Assembly: GCA_965237955.1 (NCBI GenBank)
Contig: OZ250169.1
Span: 7,136,001 to 7,200,000 of the forward strand
Reading direction: 5' to 3'
Source of the DNA: Candidatus Marinacidobacterales bacterium
GTDB lineage: Bacteria; Acidobacteriota; Vicinamibacteria; Marinacidobacterales; SMYC01
DNA length: 64,000 bases
Of this stretch, positions 9,984 through 18,767 are shown piece by piece. The notes beneath the pieces are model-generated. The model had not been told where the DNA came from, made no database searches, and saw only the letters and a list, made by a program, of their open reading frames with translations. Position 1 is the first letter of the stretch. Every line of letters begins with the position of its first letter. A program made the translations under genes and the position numbers.

Positions 9984-10925
9984 ATGTTGTTGCACCCCAC
10001 GCGAAACTCGGCATTCGTTCGGTCCATTCCGCTTCTCTTCGTCCTGGTAGCAAGTCTCGTCCTCGTGACGAGCGCAGGCGCGACGCCTTCGCTCTTCGGC
10101 TCAGCGTTTTTCGGCCGAGACGGCGCGAGCACACTCGTGTCCCTCGATCCGTCCACGGGCGCGGCCACCGCCATCGGGTTGATTGGCTTCGAGCGCGTCA
10201 GCGCGCTGGCTTTCGATCCCACGACGGGCGTTTTGTACGGTACCGGCGAGCGTACCGACGGCAGTGATATTTCTGTGCTTCTCAGCATCGACACCACCAC
10301 GGGCGCGGGAACGGAAATCGGGCCCACCGGGCTCGAATCCTTTACCGATGGGCTCCGCTTCGGTGACGGCTTCGACTCCTCGACGGACCTCAGCTTTCGG
10401 AACTCCGACAACACGCTCTTCTCGTACACGTTCGACAACGATGGACTGTCGACCGTCGACCTCACCACCGGCGCGATGACCGAGGAAAATAGCGACACGT
10501 CGTTGTCAACCCTGGGGATACGGGGGTACGGGCTTGCGTTCTCGGCAACGGACACGCTCTACATGGCAGACGACATCGCCCTGTACACGCTCGATCCGGC
10601 CACCGGCGGCGTACTCACGACTCTCTCGCTCTCGTATCCAGCCGCGACTGGCATCAGCCGCCTCAACGCGCTGGACTTCGACCCGCTCACCGGCGTCCTC
10701 TACGGGTCGGTGAACGTCGGCTTCGGGTCCTCTCGCGCGAGCTTTCTCGCAACCGTGAATCTAGACACCGGTCTGGTGAGTGTCGTGGGACCGACTGGAG
10801 GAGACGGTCTCGGCCTCGACGCCATCGCGTTTGCTCGGGTACCCGAGCCCGGCTCGATGTCGCTGATCGGGCTCGGGCTGGCTGCGCTCGGCTGGATCGC
10901 GCGGCTTCGTCGGCCGCGGGTCTAG
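9984..10925 (+). CDS. PEP-CTERM sorting-domain surface protein, beta-propeller-like repeats
   Basis: Signal peptide; repeated L..LDP.TG / LAFDP.TG.LYG units; C-terminal VPEPGS + TM + RLRRPR. Confidence 0.9.
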   Translation: MLLHPTRNSAFVRSIPLLFVLVASLVLVTSAGATPSLFGSAFFGRDGASTLVSLDPSTGAATAIGLIGFERVSALAFDPTTGVLYGTGERTDGSDISVLLSIDTTTGAGTEIGPTGLESFTDGLRFGDGFDSSTDLSFRNSDNTLFSYTFDNDGLSTVDLTTGAMTEENSDTSLSTLGIRGYGLAFSATDTLYMADDIALYTLDPATGGVLTTLSLSYPAATGISRLNALDFDPLTGVLYGSVNVGFGSSRASFLATVNLDTGLVSVVGPTGGDGLGLDAIAFARVPEPGSMSLIGLGLAALGWIARLRRPRV

Positions 10926-11704
10926 AGAAGCCTCAGCCGAGCCTTCTCGACCAGCCGCTCAGCCCGCCTTCTGTCGATCGGGTTGGTCGCCTTGTTGTCG
11001 GATTTGATCCCCGTTCCGACGATGACGCCGTCGGCGACGTCGAGGAGTGACTCGACGGTCTCGACGGTGACGCCGCTTCCGACGTAGATCGGGACGCCGA
11101 GCTCGAGCTCGGCGACGGCTCGTAAATCGTCGAGCGACGTCGCTTCGCCCGTTCCCCGGCCTGACACCACGAGCGCATCGGCAAGGCCGCGACGTACGGC
11201 GTCTTCCGCTTCGTCGGCGATGGAGTCGTGAGCAAGGCTACGCCCGTGTTTGACGTGCACGTCCGCCCAGATCGCCACGTCGGTGCCGAGTGCGGCCCGT
11301 GCTCGTAGCGTCTCGGCGGCTCGTCCTTCGATAACACCCTGATCGGTCGCAGTGGCACCCACGTGCACGTTGACCCGTATGAACTTCGCGCCCGCGGCGG
11401 CCGCAACCGCGAGCGCCGCGCGTGCGTCGTTACGCAAGACGTTGATACCGAGCGGAAGCTCGGGAGCCGCAGCGCGCACCGCGCACGCGAGCCGCGTCAT
11501 CGCAGCGATGGTGCTGACGTCGACTGTGTCCTTGAAAAAAGGCACGTCACCGAAATTCTCGATGATTGCCGCGTGGAAGCCGACCTCGTGCAGCAAACGC
11601 GCTTCCGCGACAAGGCGTGTCTCGATGTCGCCGAGGGATCGGTCACCACGTGGCGATCCGGGAAGTGCTGGTAAATGCAGCATTCCGACGAGAGCTTTTT
11701 TCAT
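10922..11704 (-). CDS. BtpA/SgcQ family protein
   Basis: LVGMLHLPALPGSP, ENFGDVPF, GINVLRND, ADVHVKH; start reassigned to ATG 11704. Confidence 0.9.
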   Translation of the reverse strand: MKKALVGMLHLPALPGSPRGDRSLGDIETRLVAEARLLHEVGFHAAIIENFGDVPFFKDTVDVSTIAAMTRLACAVRAAAPELPLGINVLRNDARAALAVAAAAGAKFIRVNVHVGATATDQGVIEGRAAETLRARAALGTDVAIWADVHVKHGRSLAHDSIADEAEDAVRRGLADALVVSGRGTGEATSLDDLRAVAELELGVPIYVGSGVTVETVESLLDVADGVIVGTGIKSDNKATNPIDRRRAERLVEKARLRLL

Positions 11705-11759
11705 GTCGAGGAGGATACACCAATCCTCGTGGAGCAGTTCATACGCAATCGCACCACGC

Positions 11760-11941
11760 CGTGCCAACCATGGAAGGGTCAAAGGAGGATACCTAGATAT
11801 GAAACTACCCACCAAAACTTCAACCGGAAGGATTTCGGCGTGAGCCGGAACAAGACGCTCGATACCGGCGGTTTCGTCGGCGGCGAAGACGTTCGCATCC
11901 AACTCGAGATCGAAGCCGTCTCCATCGAAAACACCGACTAA
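11760..11941 (+). pseudogene. YceI-family C-terminal remnant
   Basis: NRKDFGVSRNKTLDTGGFVGGEDVRIQLEIEA resembles the YceI C-terminus; no N-terminal part. Confidence 0.75.
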
Positions 11942-11968
11942 TAGGACCTCGAGGCAGGGGCGCAATGT

Positions 11969-12034
11969 ACCTCTCCCCCAACGGGGGGAGAGAGTTTCAC
12001 GGAGACGGCGCGTAAGCGCCGTCGGGTGAGGGGG
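11969..12034. repeat. REP-like palindromic element, copy 1
   Basis: CTCTCCCCC/GGGGGAGAG hairpin, TTTCACGGAG, GACGGCGC-GTAA-GCGCCGTC hairpin, GGGTGAGGGGG; shared with 15307-15421. Confidence 0.8.
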
Positions 12035-12085
12035 CGCCGACCTTGCGACTCGAGGACGGCGCACGTAGAATCCGCGCCTACGACT

Positions 12086-12360
12086 ATGAAAATGCTTTCA
12101 CCCAGATGCGGCTTCACTCCCAAACGAGCCAATACGGCACGCTGTCTCGCGGTGAGAAGATGCTTCCCGACACCGACCGCGCGCGCTTCACCGACGCGCT
12201 CGAGGAGATCCGTTCGGGTCGATTCACCAAAGAGTGGAGCTCCGAGCAGGAGAACGGCTACCCGCGATTCGAGGAGCTGCGCAAACGGGCAGGCGCGCAC
12301 GCGCTCAACGACGCGGAGAAGCTGGCCCTCGAGGCGATGAAACGATCGGGAGTCGAATGA
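12086..12360 (+). pseudogene. ketol-acid reductoisomerase (IlvC)-like remnant, Rossmann domain missing
   Basis: QMRLHSQTSQYG..LEEIRSGRFTKEW..E..GYPRF matches the IlvC C-terminal domain; possible out-of-frame start MKML at 12086. Confidence 0.7.
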
Positions 12361-13109
12361 CCGGGCGCGTGCGCGACAAGGTCGCCGTCGTCACCGGCGG
12401 CGCCACCGGCATCGGCGAAGCCACCGCCGAGTTTCTTGCACAGGAAGGGGCGCGCGTTGCCATCGTGGATCGAGACGCGGCGGGCGAGACGGTCGCGAAC
12501 CGCATCGACGGCGCGCGCTTCTACCGCGCCGACATCTCGAGCGAAAACGACGTCCGAGACGCGATGGCGCGCGCCGAGACCGATCTCGGGGGTATCGACA
12601 TTCTCGTCAACAACGCCGCCGTGTTCGTTCTCAAGGGACTCGATGCCACCCCCGAAGAGTGGCGTCAGTCGCTCGACGTCAACATCATCGGGACGTCGCT
12701 TTGCACGCGCTACGCCGCCGAATCGATGAAAAAGCGTAGCGGAGGCGCGATCGTCAACTTGAGCTCGATCTCCGGCTTCATCGCCCAGCCCGAGTTTCTA
12801 ACCTACAGTGCGACCAAGGCAGCGCTCGTCAACATGACTCGCTGCATGGCGCTCGACCTCGCCCCGCACAACATCCGTGTGAACTGCGTCTGTCCGGGCA
12901 CCATCCGCACCTCCGCAACCGATCGCCACATAGAGCAGACGGGTGAGACCGAGGAGGAGTTTCTCGCCGAGAACGCGCCCATGCATCTTCTGAATCGGGT
13001 CGGTACTCCGCGCGAGGTCGCGTACGCGATCCTCTTTCTCGCTTCCGACGAGGCGTCTTTCATTACCGCGACGCCGCTCATGGTCGATGGAGGTTACACC
13101 GCGAGATGA
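12357..13109 (+). CDS. SDR family NAD(P)-dependent oxidoreductase
   Basis: TGGATGIG, NNAA, YSATK, VDGG; ATGA coupling at 12357. Confidence 0.95.
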   Translation: MTGRVRDKVAVVTGGATGIGEATAEFLAQEGARVAIVDRDAAGETVANRIDGARFYRADISSENDVRDAMARAETDLGGIDILVNNAAVFVLKGLDATPEEWRQSLDVNIIGTSLCTRYAAESMKKRSGGAIVNLSSISGFIAQPEFLTYSATKAALVNMTRCMALDLAPHNIRVNCVCPGTIRTSATDRHIEQTGETEEEFLAENAPMHLLNRVGTPREVAYAILFLASDEASFITATPLMVDGGYTAR

Positions 13110-13237
13110 CGACCAACATCCAATTCGGCTTCTGCGTGCCCATCTTCGCGAACCCCGGGATTGCGTTTTTTCGAACGCCCTGCTACGAGCGTCTCGATTG
13201 GAACGTCACCACGGGTAAGGAAGAAGAGCTTCTTTAA
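13106..13237 (+). pseudogene. N-terminal remnant of a probable LLM-class flavin oxidoreductase
   Basis: ATGA-coupled MTTNIQFGFCVPIFANPG... stops after 43 aa at the end of the convergent gene. Confidence 0.5.
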
Positions 13238-14031
13238 GGCAGAGCGACAACCCAGCTGCCGTCCTCAAGCCACTTTTTTCGGAGCTGATCCATCAGGCCC
13301 GTCCCTTCGAACGCGCTGATGTAGCTCTCGATCAAGCTCTTCAGGCGAGCATCGCTCGTTGGCATCGCGATACCGATGGGCTCGACCGTCATCGGCTGAT
13401 CGAGCGTCGCGAGACCATCGTTCGGGTAGCGCATCACCGACAGGATGCAAATCGGCATGTCCGCAACGAGAGCGTCGACCTCGTCGGAGATCACCATCTT
13501 GACACCGGAATCGTAGTCTTTGACCTTCACGAGCTGTGCCTCGGGCAGATTCCTCTCGACGAACCTCTGGCTCGTCGAGTTCTCGAGCGCGGCGATCTTG
13601 AGATTCGCGCGGTTGAAATCGGCCTGGGTGGCCGCGATGAGCGCCCTCTCGTTGGTGAGGATCGACTTGCCTGACAGCATGTAAGGACCGACGAACTCGT
13701 GCTTCAAGCTCCGCTCGGCAGTGATGGCCATACCGGACATCACGATATCGACCTCGGAAGCATCCATGGCCGCCAGGAGGTCTCCGAACGGCTTGGTGAC
13801 GAACTTCACTTCTACATCGAAAGCACCCGCGAGCATCTTGGCGAGATCGATTTCGATACCCATGAGCTCGCCTGAGCGGTTTCTCACGTTGAAGGGCGGT
13901 TGGTTCCCAGATACGCCGACGCGAAGCTCACCGTTCGCGAGAACGCGTTCGAGTACTTGCGCCTGCGCGGTCGCGCCGAACGCGACAACGACCAACAGGG
14001 TTAGAATGATGGAACGTCTCAACATGTTCAT
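13234..14031 (-). CDS. amino-acid ABC-type substrate-binding protein (family 3), orphan
   Basis: Signal peptide, LRVGVSGNQPPF, GIEIDLA, DIVMSGMAITAER. Confidence 0.9.
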   Translation of the reverse strand: MNMLRRSIILTLLVVVAFGATAQAQVLERVLANGELRVGVSGNQPPFNVRNRSGELMGIEIDLAKMLAGAFDVEVKFVTKPFGDLLAAMDASEVDIVMSGMAITAERSLKHEFVGPYMLSGKSILTNERALIAATQADFNRANLKIAALENSTSQRFVERNLPEAQLVKVKDYDSGVKMVISDEVDALVADMPICILSVMRYPNDGLATLDQPMTVEPIGIAMPTSDARLKSLIESYISAFEGTGLMDQLRKKWLEDGSWVVALP

Positions 14032-14109
14032 TTACAGTATTTTCTTTCGGATCGCCTAGGCCTTCCGGAGGCACAAAGAGCATAGTATCTCTATAAATCA
14101 GGTTCGGCG

Positions 14110-14422
14110 CAAAACGAGATACGCGGCCAAGCAATCATGGTGCCGGTTCGCTCGGCCTCGTAGCGCTCGCCGCCGAGACGCGGTACGAGCCAGTGCTCCG
14201 CGAATACGACGGCGCCGACTGGCATGAGGATGAGGCCGTAGATCGCAACGTAATCCAACAACTTGAGAAAAACAGCGGGGAAACAGGAGAAAAATGTCGT
14301 CAGAACATACCCGCGAAGTAGCGTCCCGGCTTCAGGTCGCTTGCGGCGACGGGCTCTCGATCGAACTCGTAGAGCGCGTCCATACGCGCCGCGAGGTGGG
14401 CGAGCTTATTGGAAGAGTTCAT
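14110..14422 (-). pseudogene. purine/cytosine permease-like gene with large internal deletion
   Basis: ATG 14422 gives MNSS..YEFDREPV..LKPGRYFAGMF*; a second frame continues CFPAVFLKLLDYVAIYGLILMPVGAVVFAEHW. Confidence 0.65.
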
Positions 14423-15276
14423 TCGGCATTCATTAGTGCGGCGAGCCGATAGCCCGCGAGCGCGAGCTGCCGGTCGGAGACCTCTTGAACTTCGTCTTGA
14501 TACCGCCGCGGCGGTTGTGCGTCACGAACCAGGTACGGTGGATACGCGCACGTCATCGCCAGCTCGGCGCCCGCTTTGGACCAGTTCTCGAATCCTTCGA
14601 CACCAAGATCGCTCGCGAGTGATTCCGGCGGATGCAGCGTCATGATCTCGAGCGCTATACGGTCGACCCAGCCCGAATAGCTTTCGCTGTGGCGTTTCCC
14701 GCGGGCACGCATCTGGATGGAGTCCCAGAACGCGTGTAGATTCCCCCACGATTCCGTATCATCCAGCGCGAAGTCGTTCCCGCCGCGATCCCCTTCCGGC
14801 TCACGCGCGGTGACGCGAGCGCTGGAGTGGAGTGGCTGATGAATATCGCCCACGAGGTGAAGCATCCACGCGAGCTCGATAGGGTCGGAGTCAACCTTGT
14901 CGAACGAGCTCAGCCGCTCGATAAGCTCACCGTTCGTCCCCATCTCGGGCAGCGGCGTTCCATCATCACGCCAAAAGTGATTAACGTAATGCCACGTGGG
15001 CCGGTCGTACTTCTCTTGGCGCGCCGGCCACGCCTCGTCCCTAACGACATCCGGCCAATATCCGGTCCGGAAGAAGAGTTCCTGTGAGGTGAGCCCCGGA
15101 AGTGCGAGGTCCGCATCCGCCGGCGCCGTCCGCAGAAGCTCGACAGCACGCGCCCGCGCCCCCTCGCTCATGTGCTCCCAAGCGATGGCATCCACCACCA
15201 AATGCCCCACCCGATCCCAAGCCGAAACCGAAGGCGAACAAAGTACCGCAAGCAATAAGAACTTCAGGATTCGCAC
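14419..15276 (-). CDS. S1/P1 nuclease, secreted
   Basis: Signal peptide then W...GH, WPD, WHYVN, HLVGDIHQPLH, DRGGN, NLHAFWD; GTG start 15276. Confidence 0.93.
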   Translation of the reverse strand: MRILKFLLLAVLCSPSVSAWDRVGHLVVDAIAWEHMSEGARARAVELLRTAPADADLALPGLTSQELFFRTGYWPDVVRDEAWPARQEKYDRPTWHYVNHFWRDDGTPLPEMGTNGELIERLSSFDKVDSDPIELAWMLHLVGDIHQPLHSSARVTAREPEGDRGGNDFALDDTESWGNLHAFWDSIQMRARGKRHSESYSGWVDRIALEIMTLHPPESLASDLGVEGFENWSKAGAELAMTCAYPPYLVRDAQPPRRYQDEVQEVSDRQLALAGYRLAALMNAE

Positions 15277-15306
15277 AGGCGCGTGATAATAGCATGAGGC
15301 AAAAGA

Positions 15307-15421
15307 ACCTCTCCCCCAACCCGCCTTCGCTAGTAGCTTCGGCGGGTCCGCAGTAGCCTTTTGCGGAGGCGGACGGGGAGAGAGTTTCACGGAGGCTCGC
15401 CTCACGAGCCGGGTGAGGGGG
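15307..15421. repeat. REP-like element copy 2 with a nested second palindrome
   Basis: Same frame sequence as 11969-12034, with CCGCCTTCGC..GCGGAGGCGG (15321-15373) in the first hairpin loop. Confidence 0.8.
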
Positions 15422-15427
15422 ACACGC

Positions 15428-15500
15428 TTGGAACGTGAACGCATCGCGATCATCGGTGCAGGAATCAACGGCCTCGTCGCCGCCAATTACCTAGCGACGA
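15428..15500 (+). pseudogene. N-terminal remnant of an FAD-dependent oxidoreductase
   Basis: TTG start, ERIAIIGAGINGLVAANYLA (GxGxxG), then runs into the convergent gene. Confidence 0.65.
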
Positions 15501-15505
15501 ACGAT

Positions 15506-15775
15506 CTAGTCCGCGCAGACGACGCTCGTCGGCTGACTCCCACCGCACAGAATGTTCTCGGTCCGCCCGCTGACAATCTGAGCGCACGCGTTGTCGCGCG
15601 CGGTCACGATCGCGTCGTCACGCGTGGGGCCGCGCGCGGTGCGGCAGGCTTGCCGGCCTTTGAAATCTATGCAGACTTCGCAGCTCACTTTCGCAGTCCC
15701 CATGGACGATGTCACGATGTAGACGACGACCGCGACGACGAAAACGACGATGACCAGTCTCACCTTTTTCGACAT
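15506..15775 (-). CDS. small membrane-anchored Cys-rich hypothetical protein
   Basis: N-terminal TM, CEVC and four further Cys; 4 bp from the upstream gene. Confidence 0.8.
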   Translation of the reverse strand: MSKKVRLVIVVFVVAVVVYIVTSSMGTAKVSCEVCIDFKGRQACRTARGPTRDDAIVTARDNACAQIVSGRTENILCGGSQPTSVVCAD

Positions 15776-15779
15776 AACG

Positions 15780-16649
15780 TCAACCTCGCAATAGGGGTCT
15801 CGTCAGACACGTGGGACCACCTGATCCGTTCAAGCTAATCTCGGACCCGGGATAGGTCGAGACTTCGAAACCTTCGTTCTCGAGTCGTGCATTCGTTTTC
15901 TCGTTCTCGGCAATCGCGAGCAGCTTCTTTTCGCCGAGAGCGAGAACGTTGCAGCAGAGCGCATCTCGCTCGTCCGCTTCGATGGGAATGAGGTGGAACC
16001 CGCGGCGCTCGAGCTCGCCCACCGTCGACACCGCAAGCCACGGCAAATCGACGAGAGCGGCGCGTTCGTCCAAGACGCTGATGAGCGACATCAAATGGAG
16101 ACACGCCTCCGGGCCGGGACCGTATGGGAGCGGCGAGGTGAGAACGCGAACGTCGAACGGGGCGAGCAGCTGACGGACCTGCTCGATCCCATCGGCGTTG
16201 GTGCGATAGCCCTCGCCGATGAGAACGGTTTCGGTATCGAGCCAGAGCATGTCGCCCGCCTCGGTCAATCCCGGCGGCCCGATACGTCCGAGTACGGGAA
16301 TGTCAAGGGCTTCGAACCAACGTCCTTGGACTTCGGGCTCACCGCGTCGCGTGGGCTTGCCCATGTGCATCAGGATCATGCCGTGGTCGGTGGGAAACGA
16401 CGCATCGTGAACGTAGACAGCGTCGAGCGACAACGCGTCGTCGACCGGTAGCTCCAGAACTTCCGCACCGGCTTGTTCGAGTGCTCGCACGAGGCGGGTG
16501 TGGCCTTCCGATGCTTTGTCGATTGCGGGCTCGCGCAAGTAGCCGAGCTCCCGCCACGACGGCCCGTTATCCCAACGCGCCGTTTGGGGGTTGCAAACGA
16601 GCACGCGTCGCAGCGTGCCCGCCATCGTTTGGCCGCCGAAAGACTTCAT
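15780..16649 (-). CDS. amidinotransferase / dimethylarginine dimethylaminohydrolase family
   Basis: EAGD, GYRTN, HLMS, GSGGPTCLTRPL. Confidence 0.9.
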   Translation of the reverse strand: MKSFGGQTMAGTLRRVLVCNPQTARWDNGPSWRELGYLREPAIDKASEGHTRLVRALEQAGAEVLELPVDDALSLDAVYVHDASFPTDHGMILMHMGKPTRRGEPEVQGRWFEALDIPVLGRIGPPGLTEAGDMLWLDTETVLIGEGYRTNADGIEQVRQLLAPFDVRVLTSPLPYGPGPEACLHLMSLISVLDERAALVDLPWLAVSTVGELERRGFHLIPIEADERDALCCNVLALGEKKLLAIAENEKTNARLENEGFEVSTYPGSEISLNGSGGPTCLTRPLLRG

Positions 16650-16651
16650 GG

Positions 16652-16966
16652 TCAGGGCGCCTCCAGGAAAGAAACGCTCTCCATCAGTTTGAAGCTCTCA
16701 CCTTTCACCATCGGGCCCGTCGTCTCGAAAATCTTCTGTACACGGTGATCGTCCATCAACGCTTTCCATTTACGCTCGTAGTCGGACAGGTCGTCGAACT
16801 TCCAGATCTCGGTCACTTCCCCCGCCGGTCCGACGAGGGTTTTGAAGATACCGACCGCCTGAAAGCCATGCTCGAGAATAACCGGCAAGAACTCCTTGGC
16901 ATAGAACGTTTCGAAGCGCCCCACGTCTTGAGCTTCGAGATGGAATGTCACATGCAGGTAGATCAT
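16652..16966 (-). CDS. NIPSNAP-like dimeric alpha/beta barrel protein
   Basis: 104 aa, VGIFKTLVGP..EVTEIWKFDDL..YE pattern. Confidence 0.75.
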   Translation of the reverse strand: MIYLHVTFHLEAQDVGRFETFYAKEFLPVILEHGFQAVGIFKTLVGPAGEVTEIWKFDDLSDYERKWKALMDDHRVQKIFETTGPMVKGESFKLMESVSFLEAP

Positions 16967-16979
16967 TTCACTCGCACGT

Positions 16980-18071
16980 TCATGGTTCGATGGTGGTTGC
17001 GTATTGGGCTACCGGGGATACGTCTCGTCCCACGAGCGTGACTGAGCCTCGGATCTCTTTCGGCTTCGACACCTTGGGCGCGTCGTACTGTACGAACTCG
17101 GCCTTTTCCTCACCGCCACCGATATCCCGGATCGTGCACTGGACGAGCTCGGCGCTCTTCTTCGTGCAGCCGCTACCCATGGTTCGGATCGACTAGCCAT
17201 CCGGAGTCGAGAATACCAGCGTCGCGTCGCCAGTTTTGCTCGTCGGGTTCTTGACGAACGCCGATACGGAGAAGAACCCGCCAGAGGGCACCGGATCGTT
17301 GAGCGTTACCCGCAGCGCCCCGCCGGCCGCGAAGCCCGGGCCCGAACCCTTGTCGACCGTCACATCCCGAACGCGGGTGCATCCGCCTTCCCTGCCGTTG
17401 ATCCTGAGCACGGCGCGCACCGACTTGGTCGTAGGTCCGGTGACGCCCCCGTATTCGTGGCTCACGACGCCTTCGAGGTCGAACAGGCCGTCGCTTCGCG
17501 GGTCTCCCATGCCGACGTCGAACGAGTCGACAACGCCGGAGGGGTTGTTTTCATCCCAGGTGATCTCGAGCGTCTTCTCCCCCGCCGGTGTTCCGCGGTA
17601 GCTGAGAAAAAGGCCTACGACGTTCCCCGCGACATAGCCGAGATCGCTGAATCGGGCTCGCACTTCGATAATCTCGTCGCAGCTGAACGAAGGGGCCTGT
17701 TCCCAAGAGATCACGCCGACGCGGGGACCTACGGTCACGATACCGCCCACACCGATGACGAGGTTCAGAGGAGGTAGCGGGCTGGTGGATGGAAAATCGA
17801 GCGGGATTTCCCCTGTGTTGTCGGTGAACAGAAACGCCCGCGGTCCGATCTCGGCGGTCGCCGCGCCGGAGAGCTGTACCTGCTGTCCTACGAACTGGGC
17901 GGGGTTCGTGAGAATCTCGCCGACAGTTGTCCCCTGCTCCTGACCGACGTCAGCTAGAATCGATGGTATCGGGCCAGGCCCGATCGGCCCCGCACCGTCT
18001 TCGCTGCCACCGCCGCAGCCAACCACCAAACACGCGGCCACGACCAAGAATGAGAGCTTCACAAAACGCAT
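16980..18071 (-). pseudogene. lipoprotein (OB-fold + Ig-like domains) with in-frame TAG
   Basis: Lipobox LVVGC; ORFs 17193-18071 and 16980-17180 are in one frame, separated only by TAG at 17193-17195. Confidence 0.65.
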
Positions 18072-18112
18072 CCTTTCCTCCCGGCACGACTATAACGCGA
18101 CCGTGTGTCAGA

Positions 18113-18763
18113 ATGCCGACCATGTTGGTACTCGATGCACTCGGAGAGATACGACTCACCCACCCGATGGATCTGATCGGCGAGATTCTCGACAGCGGAA
18201 CAAACGCGATTGGGGTCACGCTGTGCGACCCCAAAACCTACGGAGAGACCGCGTTCGACGAGGCGCTTCGAGCGGTTCTGGCCTACGACCGGCACATCGA
18301 AGCCCATCCCGAACGCTTGATGAAGGCGACGACGATCGCCGACGCGGAACGTGCCGCCAAAGAAGGTCGGCTTGGCATCTACTACCGGTTCCAGAACGCG
18401 ACGCCGCTACAACGAGATCTGGATCGCGTCGACCTTCGGCGCCGAGCTCATCGAACGGATGAATGCGGTCGGGATGCTCATCGACACCTCGCACGCATCG
18501 ATGGCCACCATGGCCGATGCCATCAACTTATCGAAACAACCCATGTCATCGAAGACGACCCGGAAGAGATCCGTATCCTCCAGGAGGAAGAGGGAGCGCA
18601 GTTCCAGCCCGACCAGTGGCCGCTCTACATCAACGAGCTGAACGGTCCTCAGCGCATGGAAGTCGTCCTCGACGGGTTATCGAAACGCGGTTACAAAGGC
18701 GACGCGCTCGAAAAGATCGCGGGAAAGAATCTCTACCGGCTGTACGCGGACGTGATTGGGTAG
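18113..18763 (+). pseudogene. membrane dipeptidase (M19) with two internal deletions
   Basis: FQNATPL.RDLDRVDL, then in another frame FGAELIERMNAVGMLIDTSHA..KQP, then LEKIAGKNLYRLY; much shorter than the family. Confidence 0.75.
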
Positions 18764-18767
18764 AGCG

